In this document: in pieces, positions 47,202-60,982 of the stretch | Layout: the number at the start of each line of letters is the position of its first letter | Position numbering within the stretch: position 1 is the first letter of the stretch | DNA from: an uncultured Mycoplasmataceae bacterium | Lineage (GTDB): Bacteria > Bacillota_I > Bacilli_A > Mycoplasmatales > Mycoplasmoidaceae | Length of the DNA stretch: 64,000 nt | NCBI GenBank assembly: GCA_947429165.1 | Contig: CANEON010000001.1 | Location: 237,021 to 301,020, forward strand | Direction of reading: 5' to 3' | The notes under the pieces: generated by a model | Databases searched by the model: none | The model's input: the letters and a program-made list of their open reading frames with translations, nothing else | Told to the model about the DNA's origin: nothing | Made by a program: the position numbers and the translations under genes

Positions 47202-50200
47202 ATGTGAAACTTGTTAAAGAACGTCTTCCGTTCTCTGGCGAAGAACAAAATTGCTGTAATTGGTTTAACATTTCTTATATTTTTATCGGTTGGAATGTTT
47301 ACTGTATTGCAAAGTACGACAACTAACATAAATAATACATATGATAAGGTTTCCACCCAAGGAAATCAGCATGATTTTACCATATCTGAAAAATATGATA
47401 TAGGTAATATTAAGTTTGCTCCAGGTAACGCAAAAGGCGAAGGTGTTGGAAAGTCTTCTGATAAAAACCCGGTATATTGACCAGAACAAACAGGCCCAGA
47501 CGAAAAAACAGGCTTATATTCTAAAAAATACTTTATAAGGCTTGATGCGTCCTTAACTGGCGATAGCCCCATTGATAAATTTTATCAACAATATTACAAC
47601 GATGAAGATTCACCTGAGTATCAGCTTATATATAAAACTTTAATTGTAACAAATGCAAATCATCTTACATATATGACTGATGAGGCAAAACATGAATCAT
47701 CATTTTCTGACCTAGAAATACAAAATCAATTATCAGATGTTGCAAACCAAGGTAAAGATAGCGATACTGTTGTAATTAATACATTCCTAACAAGTTGATC
47801 AACTGATCTAAACAATTATTTGACAGAATATAACAGTCCTTTGAACCAATACCTTTCCTCTGATTTAAAAAACGAAGTATATTTTCGTAATTTTAGGTCT
47901 TTAAAAATTAACAACTCAACTGATGGTGTGTTTTATGACGTGGTGGAATCTTGCCCCGAAGATGATGCACATCCATATGATTCTATTGTCGATAGAGAAA
48001 TAATATTTGATACCAACGATTTTGACGGTTTAGGATGAAATAATTTTTCTGTTGATGATTGAAAACCCTCATCTTTAGTTTCATCTAAAAATGAAGTAAA
48101 AGATGTTTTATCTCATAGTTTAGTAGATTGAGACAAACTTATAGAGAGCAAAAAAGAACAAACATATTTAAGAAAATTTATCGATATCTTAACTAGAGGT
48201 AAAGTAAATTCGAGTGACCCTGCTCAAGAATTTAAAAATCTTGTTGCAAAAATTGATGCTTCTTTAAAGGCATCCCCTGATAAATTCCCATCTGATGATA
48301 CAACATTATCTACAAACTATTCAAATTTTAAAAGTTGATTTAAGTTAAATGATGTAAACGACAAAAAATATGAATACGCTCTTTCTTATGAATTTGTAAA
48401 GAGCACTCCAGTACCGTTTACTTGATTACTTGGTGATTGAACATCAAATTTTGGAATCTTTGCACCACAATACTTGCAAAAAAACGGATACAAACCTCTT
48501 GATATAAGCAAATTAATGCAAAATGATAAGGATTATCAAGAATGAATATCTGAACATCAAGATATTCTTACCGAAAGAGCTAGATTCATATCTTGAATGA
48601 ATTCTTTAACCCAGGATCAAATTGAAGAAAAAATGGGTAACTCTAAAGACGGATGACAATCTTTATATAAAGATAGCGTAATTAGTGTTGGCGGTGGAAC
48701 ACCGTTCTTTATTCTTGCTGCCGGTATTACTGGAGATTATGTTTACCCTGTTGTTTCTATTGAAAGACCGATCCCTAATCCAAATGATGAATGCATATTC
48801 TTTGGAAACAACAGTGCATATGAAAGAGTTCAAATTGCATTCCAAGGAAACCAGACAGAAAAATATGTTGTAGGTAAATTTTACAATAAAAAGAATGGTA
48901 AAAAAATACTAGATGAAATTAATACTAGATGTAGAAGTATAATGGCATGACCAGATAACATTAATGCTGCTTATATGGCAAACGACTTGTCTTGCACATT
49001 AAATGCTGCTGCATTTAGAATTTCTTATATTCCTCAACTGGTAGATAAAGTAAATTTAATATCATACTTATTAACTATTTTTATATTGATTGTTGGTCTA
49101 ATAATCTCTGCTATCATTGTTAGAAGATATGTGTCAAATAGTAGATCTACTATTGGTATTGTTCAAGCAAATGGTATCAAAAAACGGACTATTGCTTTAT
49201 CACTAACTCCATTTGCCTTTATCCCGTCATTAATTGGAGGTATTTGTGGTTATTTAATAGGAACGTTCTTACAATCTGCCGCTATTGGATTGTTCTCTTC
49301 TTATTGAACCCTTCCTACAAATTTATTAGCTTTCTCTTGACCATCGTTGTTACTATCAGTTTTCTTGCCGTTCTCTATATTTGTATTAGTTTCAGTTATT
49401 TCAACTTACATTGTGTTAAGAGAAAAAACAACAGACTTAATGAAGTCTGGTAGTGAATTTAAATCAAATTGATTGTCTAGAGTTATTAAAAAACCATTTA
49501 AAAAATTTGGCGTATTAACAAAGTTTAGGGTTTCAATTGCATTTAATTCTTTGTGAAAACTTACTATTTTGTCAATAATGGGTTCATTAGCGATGTCAAG
49601 CTTAGTCTTTGGTATGACAATGAATGGTAAATTTGATTCTGCTATTTCAAAAACGTCTGATACACGAAATTACCACTATTCTGTTGATTTATATTCTCCA
49701 ACAACGCAAGGAGGACAATATGTCCCAATTAGTGCTGATAGTTTTGGTACAAGTGGTTTCCAAAAGTCTGCTTGAAATGCTGGTGATAACTTTTTTCCTT
49801 CTTTATATTCTAATAAAACTAATTATTCGTGAGACACTAGTTGAAACGGAATTTCTTCATCAATAAAAGAAACGTCTAAATTCTACAAACAATATTACAA
49901 TTTCTCTTTTGAAGCTATTAATTTAGCACATTCCCATATCACTGACGCTGACTGGTATTACCAACCTTTTGAATTTAATAACACTTCTCACCAGAATGTT
50001 TTTATTCCGTATTTAAGTGATTCAATTGGCCAAAAAACAGACTTACAATATTTAAAAAACAGAGTTTCATCAGAATTCACAATGAATTATTTGATCGGTA
50101 TATCTGCTTTAGGATTAACTTCCAACCCTTGAGATATAGCATCATCATTAATGCCTGAAAACACACGTAATATTTGTGCGCAAAAATACACAAAACTTAT

Positions 50201-51869
50201 TAACGATATAGGCAAGAAGGTTTATTATGAAAAGAAAAAACCAGAAGATCCTGAACCAGATAAAAATTGAACAAACACAACAAATCAATCTTTCATAAAA
50301 AAAATATCTGATGATAAATATGAAATTAACCAATCGAATGTAATTGATTACACAGGAATGGGATTAAAATATGAATTCATTTCTTTATTAATGAGAACAT
50401 ATTTAGATACGTATTCTGACGAAGACCACAATGTCTTCCCTGTTATCGATTCGGCAAAAGATGATTTTATAACGACATACAACAGCATTCCTTTATCTGA
50501 TTCAGAAGAAACATATACATATTTAACTGTAAATGGTGTTAAAAATTCGGGAAATTCATCTCTTCCTAATAACCAAAAAATAATTGGTTTATACAACAAA
50601 ACAAGATATATGAATTTGATCAATGAAAGTGGTGATGATTTATTACCGTTATTACAAATTGATAAGTCTGCTCTTCCATCTATTACTGAGTTCCCAATGG
50701 TTGTTAACGAATTGGTTGCTAAAAAATATAACGTTAACGTTGGGTCAACGATGAGCTTTAAAGTTCAAAACAAAGCAAATAGATTTGTTAAGGAAATAAG
50801 CGGTGAACAAGATAATGAAGTAACCAAATTTAAAATTGTTGGAATAATGAAATCAAGAGAAAACGAAGAATACTTTATTGACCAACAAGTGGCTAACTAT
50901 ATTTTGGGTTTAAAATCTACGCTTACTGATTCGTATGAATTAAATAATAGTTATATTAACTATGGTGATGCCATCCATTCAACAATAACTGTTGATAGTG
51001 GAAGTAAGTCTGTTGCGACAATAAATGATATATCTGAACTTAAAGCAGACGATGAATCAAAGAATATTATTCCGTATGGCTTTAATGGCTATTTCACTGA
51101 TGACGAAAACGGTAGCAAGGCATTAACTAGCGCATATTCTCTTTATTCCCCTTACGGTTTATATCTCCCATCTAGTGATTTAACATCAAATAGTTCTGCT
51201 GATGTTCTTAAATATGGTGCAAATCTACAAATTGCTAACATGTTAACTGGGCTTGACAAAACAGAACTTGGTCAAAAAATTACGGATGCTTATAATTCTT
51301 GGCAGAACAAAAAGACATCGTTTGATGAATGAAAGAAGTTTGTTGATAACAACATTACGGAATTTACAAATGCTATAAGTAAGCTTTGAGGAAATACTAC
51401 ATATGTTTCTTTAGTAACTAACGCAATGGACAAAAATTCAAATGAAATGGTTTATAAAACTATGTCTAATACGATTTCTAACATCGAAATTGTTGTTCTT
51501 GTAATTATTGCTTTTATGGTATTCTTCATTGTATTATTAATGTCTTCAATAATTATTGCTGACTCTAAAAAACTTGCTGCCATATTAAATTCTCTTGGTT
51601 ATACAGACGCAGAAAACGCTCTCTCATTTATGTCTATTTATGTTCCTGTAATTATTTTTGGTCTTTTAATAGCAATACCGCTCACGATGGGCTTCACAGC
51701 AATGTTCCAACTTGCCATAATGAAGGGAATAGGATTGTTAATTGATGCTTCAACTAAATGATATTTCTATTTAACTGGTGCTTCGGTTGTTATATTTGAA
51801 TTGATTTGTTCAGTTATATCTAGTTGAATATCTTTAAGAAAAGGTTCATTAAGTCAAATGATTAAGTAG
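47202..51869 (+). CDS. giant ABC transporter permease (MacB/FtsX-type, two FtsX modules with large extracytoplasmic regions)
   Basis: The ATG at 47202 (MWNLLKNVFRSLAKNK) is in frame with track ORFs 47211, 47820, 48975, 49569, 50358 and 51426. I read the gaps 48039-48974, 49308-49568 and 49776-50357 and found only TGA codons. TM clusters lie at about 48975-49450 and 51426-51860. 1555 aa. Confidence 0.85.
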
Positions 51870-51878
51870 GAGGAAAAT

Positions 51879-53225
51879 ATGAAAAAAAATAACGCTAATA
51901 AAAAAATAGAATATTACAAAATGAAAAACGATTATTATGCTAATCGTATTTCTAATGTTGACAAGAAAATCAACGAGACCAAATCTTTTCTTCTGCAAAT
52001 AAAAGTTACAAATGGGAAATCATATAACAAAAAACGTAAATGTTTAAAAACATTAAGTAATTTGTTGGTTTTAAAAAATAAACTGCAAGGGCAAAAAACA
52101 AAATTTAATTATTCATACGAATGATCTAAATCTCTTGTAGAACATAAAGTGAACAAACCAAACGACTTAGTTTATCACGATTTTATAGAATACATCGAAT
52201 CTAACGAAGCTCATTCTGAAGTGCCTTACAATCCATATAGAATTTTCCATTTAAATAGATGAACAAAAAAACTTAATAAATTGTTATTAAAGATTTCATA
52301 CATTGAGTTTATCCTAGAAAATAAAAAACTAAACAAAGCAAAAAAAATGTATTTATCAAAAAGACTTGATTTCTTGAAAGATGGCGCTCAATCTTTTGAA
52401 AGTTATATTAATGATACAAAACTTAATTTCTTCTCTAAGTTTCATTCAAAACAAGTATCTAGATTGGAAAAACTACCTAAGAGTCACGGGGCAAAAAAGA
52501 TTAAATCAAAATATGTAATTGACTTAAAAAACGCAGTTAAATATTACAACAATGGAATATTAGCTACAAAAGTTTTAAAAGGCGTTAATTTGCAAATCCC
52601 ATATGGAGAGTTTGTTGTTATTTTGGGTCCGTCTGGTTCAGGTAAAACAACTTTATTAAATGTTATTTCAGGAATGGATACAGCAACATACGGTACAACC
52701 GTTGTTTGCAACAATAATTTAATTAATTATTCATCAAGTGAGTTAACAGATTTTAGAAGAAAGAATATTGGATACGTTTTCCAACAATATGGTTTGTTAC
52801 CAAATCTTTCTATTAAAGAAAATGTTGAAGTTGGTTCGAATTTACAAACTAACAAAGCAAAAAGAATAAATATAGATGAATTGTTAAAGAGCATTGGAAT
52901 CTACGAACACAGAAATAAATTCCCACACGAATTATCTGGCGGTCAACAACAACGTGTTTCTATTGCTCGTTCTGTCGCTAAAAACCCCGACATTATTTTC
53001 GGTGATGAACCAACAGGAGCAATTGACGAACAAATGTCAAAACAAATTATGCAATTATTTCTGGATGTTAACAAAAAATATAAAACGACTATCATTATTG
53101 TTACTCACAACCCTATATTTGCTAATCTTGCAACTATGGTTATTAAAGTAAAAGATGGTAATATTGCTCAAATAATTAAAAATAAGAAACCTAAGAAAGT
53201 TGAACAACTAAACTGAACAAAATAA
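51879..53225 (+). CDS. ABC transporter ATP-binding protein with an N-terminal extension of about 215 aa
   Basis: ORFs 51879 and 52281 are in frame across TGA. Motifs: Walker [35 protein letters not shown]. Tail ...QLNWTK* at 53225. Confidence 0.9.
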
Positions 53226-53226
53226 T

Positions 53227-54327
53227 ATGAAAAAAGCTTTAGTTATCACATACAATCCTAATCACGACTTCGCCGGAACTGAACTATATGCTGAAAAAGT
53301 AATCAATATTTTAAAAAGTAAAAAATGAGATGTTACTGAATTTTCTCTAAACGTAAGAAATGAAACACCAAAATCAAAATCATCTCATAAATTAATTTTC
53401 CCTAACAAAAAAGTAACAGAGAGAATTGGTTTAAGAAATTTACATTTTTTAAAAAAAGCAAAAAGACAACTTGATGAATTTAAAAAAAATAATAAATTTG
53501 ATTTAATAATTAATAACTTAGGTGATGGTTTTAAATGAGAATTCATTCCAGAAAACGAACTATTAATTCAACATTTTAACATTGAAAAATATGAGTATGG
53601 AACAGTTTCGGACTCTAGATTTGTAAATGTATTAACTAGATTTTTTTATAGATTAATAGGGTTCGGAAATTATTTATTAATGCATCATTCTGTTGTTTTT
53701 TTTAATGATGAAAATAACGAATATGCGAATAAGTTTTATAAGAAAAAATTCAATAGTATAGAAAATATAGATCTATCTGCCCTAAGTAAATCGCAAATTA
53801 ACAAAAACAAGAAAAGCAATAATCCTAAAAAAATTGTATATATAGGAAGATTAGACAACCGTCAAAAGAATATCAAATTTTTAGTAAAGGTTGCAAAATG
53901 TTTGAACACAGAAATTGATGTTTATGGAAATGGACCTGGAAAAAAAATCTTAAAGAGAAAGAAGAATATAAATTATTGTGGTTTTGCAAAAAAAGATAAG
54001 ATATTTGATATTTATTCAAAACATTTAGCTAGCATTATTGTTTCGAGATTTGAGGGCGAACCGTTTGCAGCAATTGAATCATTGTCATCATCTACACCAG
54101 TAATTATTAGAAACACATTTTTGAATGCTTCTGTTTTGTTATCTAATAACAACGGCTTGCTTCTAGACAAAAAATTATCTGCTAAAAAATGTGCGCATTC
54201 AATTAATAGTTACATTGAAAATGCAAATTTAGATAACGATTCTAAAAACGCAAAAGAGCTTGCAATTAAAAAATTTGCAGATGATGTTTTTGAAGAAAAA
54301 TGAAAGAAAATATTAGACAGATTCTAA
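53227..54327 (+). CDS. glycosyltransferase family 4-like (GT-B)
   Basis: The ATG at 53227 is in frame with ORF 53680. The C-terminal motif SRFEGEPFAAIESLSSSTPVI matches the E-x7-E GT4 signature. Confidence 0.75.
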
Positions 54328-55329
54328 TTTTTTAATAATTCTATATTGTCTTCTGTATTTCAATCTAAATGCTAGTGTTAAAAGTTTTTTTCACCAAGAA
54401 CCCGCTATTCTTAAATTCAAAATACTAATATCGTTCATTTTATGTTTTTTTGTAATTAACAAAATGTATTCCAATTTTATTTTTTCATAAATCAATTTGG
54501 AATCTTTAGATTTTGTGGAATTAAAAAACAAAATAAAGCCCATAGATGCATACAAAGAAGAAATGATTGCTTCTCTATATTTTTTTTGTTCAATTAATTT
54601 TGTTTTTTCAAATAGATTTAGTAAATAATCAATCTGTGCTATTATGTCATTAATAGCATTAAAATTTTTTCCTTCTAATTTCGAAGTAGATCCTTTTCGT
54701 CTGAAATAATAATATATTGTTCTTGGTATTGTTAAGAAAGATTTTGCATTTAGAAAAACGTAAGGCATCAATCCTAAATCTTCAAATGTTTTTGCAGTTC
54801 TGTCGTTGAATTTAACGTTAAGCGAATTTCAATAATATCTATTTATGAAACAACCCCAACAAAGCAGGATATTTTTTTTAGCATATTCTATATTGTTTGT
54901 GTTTCTCTTAAAAGAAGATGTTGGAAAAAATTTAAATTTAAAGTGTTCGTGGTTTTCAAATACTGTTTTAACTTTACCAACAGCAATATCATAATCTTTG
55001 CCTTTTGTGAATTTTACAAAATTCTTACATGCATTTTTTGGCATTCAGTCATCAGAATCCAAAAAGAAAAAATATTCTCCATGAGAAGCATTAATTAAAA
55101 GATTCCTGTTGTGTGGGATTCCCATATTTTTTGAGTTTTTAAAAACTGTTATTCTTTTATCAATCTTCTTGTATTTATTTAAAATTTGTAGGGTCTTATC
55201 GGTACTACAATCATCTACACAAATAATTTCAATATTTTCGTATGTTTGGTTAATGGCGCTATTCAAGCATCTTTCCAGATACTTGCTTGAGTTATATGAA
55301 CATATAAGTATTGATATTTTTGGAATCAT
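54313..55329 (-). CDS. glycosyltransferase family 2
   Basis: ISILICSYNSSKYLERCLNSAINQTY.NIEIICVDDCSTD...FLDSDDW. Three track ORFs are in frame. Tail read to TAA at 54313 (15-nt convergent overlap with the GT4 gene). Confidence 0.85.
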
Positions 55330-55330
55330 T

Positions 55331-56191
55331 CTATTTGTCTAATTTTACTAGTTCATTTCAAATTGTATCACTATATTTTGTGTCGATACTTAATATGTGA
55401 GTTCCGTGTTCTAACAATTTAATAACATTATTAGAAGATTTTGATTTTTGAAGAATAGAAATTGTATTTTTATTCTTGTCATAATAAAATTCTTCTTTTG
55501 AATCGATTAAAGTGATTGTGGGCAACAAATTTTCTTTAAAGTGTTTCTTTAAATAATGTCTTGTTTTGTGCATTGAAAATCATGCAGCTAAATTAACTTT
55601 AGTGTCTTGTTTTTGCTTATTGGAATACATTTTTCATACTCTGATAAATATCTGATTATTAGTTAGCTGATTAATGCCTTTCGGTATTGAGTAAGTGTTG
55701 ATATTTGTTAGTATTGTAAATATAAATTTACATGTTAATTTAAATGTGTTGTCAGCACCTTTTTCATCTATAGATTTCTTAGGGTTTTTCAGTTTTAAAG
55801 GTGGGTTAATAGCAATTACATTTTGAACTAACGAAGAATATTTTTTAGTTAATAGAATGGCTAAATTAGCTCCAAAAGATTCTCCAACAAGAAAAACTTT
55901 CTTAATATTTTTGTTTTGCTTTTTAATTAATTCAATTAAATTCTTAATAATATCTACAAAATATGAAGTTCTTCTTGAAGCTTTTATTTTACACTCACCG
56001 TGACCTGGTAAATCAACTATCAAAAAACAAGATTTTTTTAAGTTTGGTATCTTAAAAAATTTTGAAATTTCTTTATTGCCATTGGAAATATTTAAATGAA
56101 GGAAAATATTTGATGATTTCTTTATGTCTCCAAACAATATCCCAGGAATTGTTCCTTTTTTGATTTCGTAATCTACTTTTTGAGAGATCAT
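55331..56191 (-). CDS. alpha/beta hydrolase
   Basis: GHGEC... and the nucleophile elbow GESFGAN. ORFs 55634-56191 and 55358-55573 are in frame. TAG at 55331. Confidence 0.65.
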
Positions 56192-56194
56192 ATT

Positions 56195-57385
56195 TTATTG
56201 CTCTGGTAAAAGAGTTTGTTCTTCTTTTTTATTGCTCTTACCAAAGGTTTTAAATTGTATAACGGTTAATCCTATAAATGTTCCTATACCTATTGCAGAC
56301 GGAATATATGTTCCGAAGAATCTATTAACTAAAATTGAGTTATTAATGTAATTGTCTAAATCTGATTCTATAGATGAAGGTCAATTACCAGAAACTAGCA
56401 ATAATCATTTTAGGGTTCACTCATATGAAATTTGACCACCAGGAATAGGTAACATTTTATTAGCTGTTACTGCAATGTTTGCACAATTAAATATATCTCA
56501 AAAACTTAAATTAATGCCTTCCGGAACAAGTCATTGAATACAAAAGTATGCAAAAGCATATCCTACAAATTCAATTATTAATTGAACAACAACTATAAGC
56601 GAAGAGGCTTTTCAATTTTTAAAAAGTTCAATTGATTCACGAGTAACTTTACGTTGTTTCAAATATTGTTCTTTTACTTGTTCTTTTGTGTGATATTTCA
56701 TGTGTAATATCTTTTTAATTTTATTAAAAGTTAATGACAACACATATGAAAAGTTTTTAGAAAAACTTGCTATACAGAAAAAACCAATACTTAATATATC
56801 AATAGATAAACCGATAACCATTAATCAATAAACAGATATAGCCTCGGGTCCAGATGATAAGAAGTTGTTATATTGAAGAGAAATAATGATAAATGATGGT
56901 AAAGTAATTAAAACTTGAGCTGTTTGACATAGAATCCCTTGTGAACAAATAATACAAAAGGATTTTGAGTTAGATATACCGTGAGATTTAACTCAAAATA
57001 ACGCATATGGATCAGATACTAAGTTAGCAGGAGTAACAAATGCCAAAAAACACATTGTAAAATCATATAACAAGTTTTGTAAAAAAGTTGATCTGTAACC
57101 TAATTGTCTTATTCTAATTAATAATGTAATAGAGTTTAAAAGAGGTCTTAAAAATGCATAAAATACTAGCAAAAATAAGAAAAATGGTCTTAAGTCGGTG
57201 CCTACACCAAGTTGCTTTCAAAGAGAACTAAAATCAATTGATAAAACAACTTTTACAGTCAATGCAAAAAAGGCACAAGACACCAACAAACCAACACAAA
57301 GAATAATTATTCTTTTTTTTGTAAAAAATGGCTGTTGTGCTACTTCACTAAACTCTTTTTTTGGTGTTTTTTTTGTATTGGCCAT
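56195..57385 (-). CDS. polytopic membrane protein, flippase-like / LPG-synthase-TM (UPF0104)-like
   Basis: The ATG at 57385 (MANTKKTPKKEF...) is in frame with ORF 56612-56821. About 396 aa and 8 or more TM helices. First gene of the hydrolase-GT2 operon. Family assignment is tentative. Confidence 0.45.
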
Positions 57386-57448
57386 TATTAAATAATATTT
57401 TTTCTAATTATACTTATAATTATTAATTACTTAATATATAAAAAAGTT

Positions 57449-60022
57449 ATGGAAATCGCAAGAGCAAGTATCTTTGCACCAAGAAAAAGAATACTTAAAA
57501 AAGCAAAACTAATCGCAAACCGTGTAGAAGAATACAAAGATTATTTTAGAAAAATGTCAAATGACAAACTTTCTAATATGACTAATGTATTTTTAAAGCG
57601 TTTAGAAAAAGGTGAAAATCTAAACGACATTATGCCTGAAGCGTTTGCTGTCGCACGTGAAGCTATTTACCGTGTTACAGGAATGTTTGCTTTCAATGTT
57701 CAAATTGTTGGTGCCGTTGTTGCTCATTGAGGTGATTTCGCTGAAATGTATACAGGTGAAGGTAAAACCTTAACTGTTGTTATTGTTGCTTATTTAAATG
57801 CTCTTGCAAAAAAAGGTGTTCATGTTGTTACTGTTAACGAATACTTAGTTCAACGTGATGCTAAATTCTGTGCAGAATGTTTAAACCCATTAGGAATTAC
57901 GGTTGGATATAACATTTCTTCATTCCAACCTAACGAAAAGAAGAAGATGTTCGCTTGTGATATCACTTATACAACAAACTCAGAATTAGGATTTGACTAT
58001 CTTCGTGATAATATGGTTAGAAAATACGAAGATAAGGTTATTCGTGATCTTTTCTTTGCTATTGTCGATGAAGCAGATTCGGTTTTAATTGACGAAGCTA
58101 GAACTCCATTAATTATTTCTGGTCAACCTAAAAAAGATGTTTCGATGTATGTACAAGTTGACGAATTTGTAAAGACATTAAAAAAAGACGACTATAAAAT
58201 TGAACCAGAATCTAACTCTATTTCTTTAACTGAAAAAGGTGCAGAAAAAATTCAAAATCATTACAGAATTAAAAACTTATTTGATTTTGAAAACTCTGAA
58301 TTACTTCACAAAGTAAAAAACTCATTAATGGCAAACTTTGTGTTCCAAAACGGTGTTGAATATGTTGTTAAAGACAACAAGATTTTGTTGGTTGATCACT
58401 TTACTGGCCGTATTCTTGAAGGGCGTAGCTACAACGCCGGTTTGCAACAAGCAATTCAGGCAAAAGAATATGTTAAAATCGAACCAGAAAACGTTACTGT
58501 TGCCACAATTACATATCAATCATTCTTTAGACAATACCAAAAGATTGCTGGTTTCTCTGGTACGGCTTTAACAGAAGAAGAAGAATTTTTGAAAATTTAT
58601 AACATGGTTGTTGTACCTATTCCAACCAATAAGCCCGTTATTAGAAAGGATATGAATGATTATGTTTTTTCTAATAAAGCAAGTAAGTGACACCACGTTG
58701 TAGCTGAAATAGTGCGTGTTCACAAAACAGGGCAACCAATCCTTGTTGGTACAGCGTCTGTTGAAGATTCCGAAGAACTATCTCATTATCTAAGAAACAA
58801 GGGTTTAGGATATGAATTACTAAACGCTAAGAATAATGCTCGTGAAGCTGAAATTGTTAAAAAAGCTGGACAAAAGGGAGCTATTACAATTTCTACTAAC
58901 ATGGCTGGTCGTGGTACCGATATTAAATTAGGTGAAGGTGTAGCACAATTAGGTGGTTTGTACGTTATCGGTACAGAAAGAAACGAATCAAGACGTATTG
59001 ATAACCAATTAAGAGGACGTTCTGGACGTCAAGGTGATCCTGGTATTACTAGATTCTTTATTTCATTAGATGACACATTGTTTAAACGTTTTGCTACAGA
59101 TAAGTTTGATAAAGCTAATGACAAGATTATTGACGAAGACTATTATGACTCTTGATTCTTTACTAAATTATTAAACTCTACTCAAAAGAAAGTAGAAGGT
59201 TTAAACTTTGATACACGTAAAAACTTAATTGATTACGATAGTGTATTAAGTAACCAAAGAGAATTGGTTTACTCTCAAAGAGACCAAATGCTTTTAGGAA
59301 AAGAAAATCTTGAAATCTTAAAAGGAATGGTTAATACAGTTGCTCACGATATTGCAAGATTGTACAAAAACCCTGATAACGAAGTTCATATTAACGCAAA
59401 CAAAGTAGCAGAAACTATTAATATGAAGGTTTTTGGTGCACCAATTATTACTTATCATTTCTTCGAAAACAAAACAATTGAACAAGGTGAAAAAATCATA
59501 TTTGAAATTCTTTGATTAAGTATTCAAAACAGAATCAAAATGTTAAAAGAAGAAGCAGCTAAGAACATTATCCGTGACATTATGGTTCAATGTTTAGACT
59601 TCCAATGAACAGGACACCTTGACAAGATTACTAAAATTAGAGAAGGTGTTCAATTACGTTCTCTTGAACAACGTTCTCCATTAAATATTTATGTTGAAGA
59701 AGCCGATTGAAACTTTAATGAAATGAAGAAAAATATTGCTCACCAAGTGGTTATTTCAATTCACCGTATCTTCATACCTAAGGTTAATGATCAATTAAGA
59801 GAAGAGTTAACTAAGATATTACCTAAGTTAAACTTAACTTCTAATGCTCTTGTTGAAAACCCTAAAGTTGATAATATCAAGATTGAAGAAGTATTCGCAC
59901 AAAAACCTAACTTGAAAATTAACACAAATCCTAAATCTCCAAAAGATGCTCCAAAACCATCTAATGCCAAAGAAGAATTATTAAAGAAAGTTTTTGAGCA
60001 AAAGAAACAACAATCTAAATAA
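57449..60022 (+). CDS. secA: preprotein translocase ATPase SecA
   Basis: Five track ORFs are in frame across TGA. Motifs: [38 protein letters not shown]. Confidence 0.97.
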
Positions 60023-60024
60023 TT

Positions 60025-60936
60025 ATGAAACAAAAAAATCAATTTACATTTTCTGTAATTACTCCTGCATACAATTCAGAACAATATATCTCTAAATGCA
60101 TTGAATCTGTTTGTCATATGGATTATGACCTATCTAAAGTTGAACACATCATTGTAGATGATGGGTCTACAGATAATACATCTAAAATTGTAAAAGAATA
60201 TCAAAAGAAATTCCAACACATAAAATATTACAAAAAAAATAATGGAAATTGAGGAAGCGTTATTAATTATGTTAAGGCGCACAAACTTGTGCATAATGAT
60301 TACACAATTATTATTGATTCAGACGATTTTTTCAACAAAAACGCTTTTAATATAGTTAACAAATTTTCTAAAAACGTTGATTTGTTCTTTGGACGGTATA
60401 AACATACTGATTCTAAAAAACATTCTTTTGTTACATATTTTTCGTATTACTATCTTTTTAAGAGAAACCCATATTCTAAATCTTTTAAAAGAACGCCATA
60501 CCCATCACGATACTATCCTGGCTCGTTTTTTTTCAAAACTAAGTATTTTTATAAATTACATGAGTTACATGAAAAAATTCCTTATCAAGACACAGAATTG
60601 TTGATAGATTTATTAGTAAATTGTAAATCATCAAGATTTTCAAATAAACTTGTATCATATTGTTGGAGAAATAGAGCTGGAAACACAATGACAAATACAA
60701 ATAGAACTCAAGTATGTGAAAGACTTTTACCTGCTCTCCAATATGCTAATAAAGTTGGTTGCAACGAAACAATTTTTATTAATTTAATGTGATGTAAGGG
60801 TTTAAAAGAATATTTGAAAAAAAACAGTATCTATTTTGCAAAACCAAGCAAAATATGTTTAAAAACTGATTTTTGTTTAATAAGACCTTTTCTTTGAATA
60901 ATTTATAAAATTCTATCTAAAAAGTATTTTAAATAA
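60025..60936 (+). CDS. glycosyltransferase family 2 (paralogue A)
   Basis: FSVITPAYNSEQYISKCIESV...IIVDDGSTDNT...IIIDSDDFF. Continues across TGA to TAA at 60936. Confidence 0.85.
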
Positions 60937-60982
60937 TTTCTTGTTTTTTTATATCTTTAACAATTAATATAATTAATAAAGT

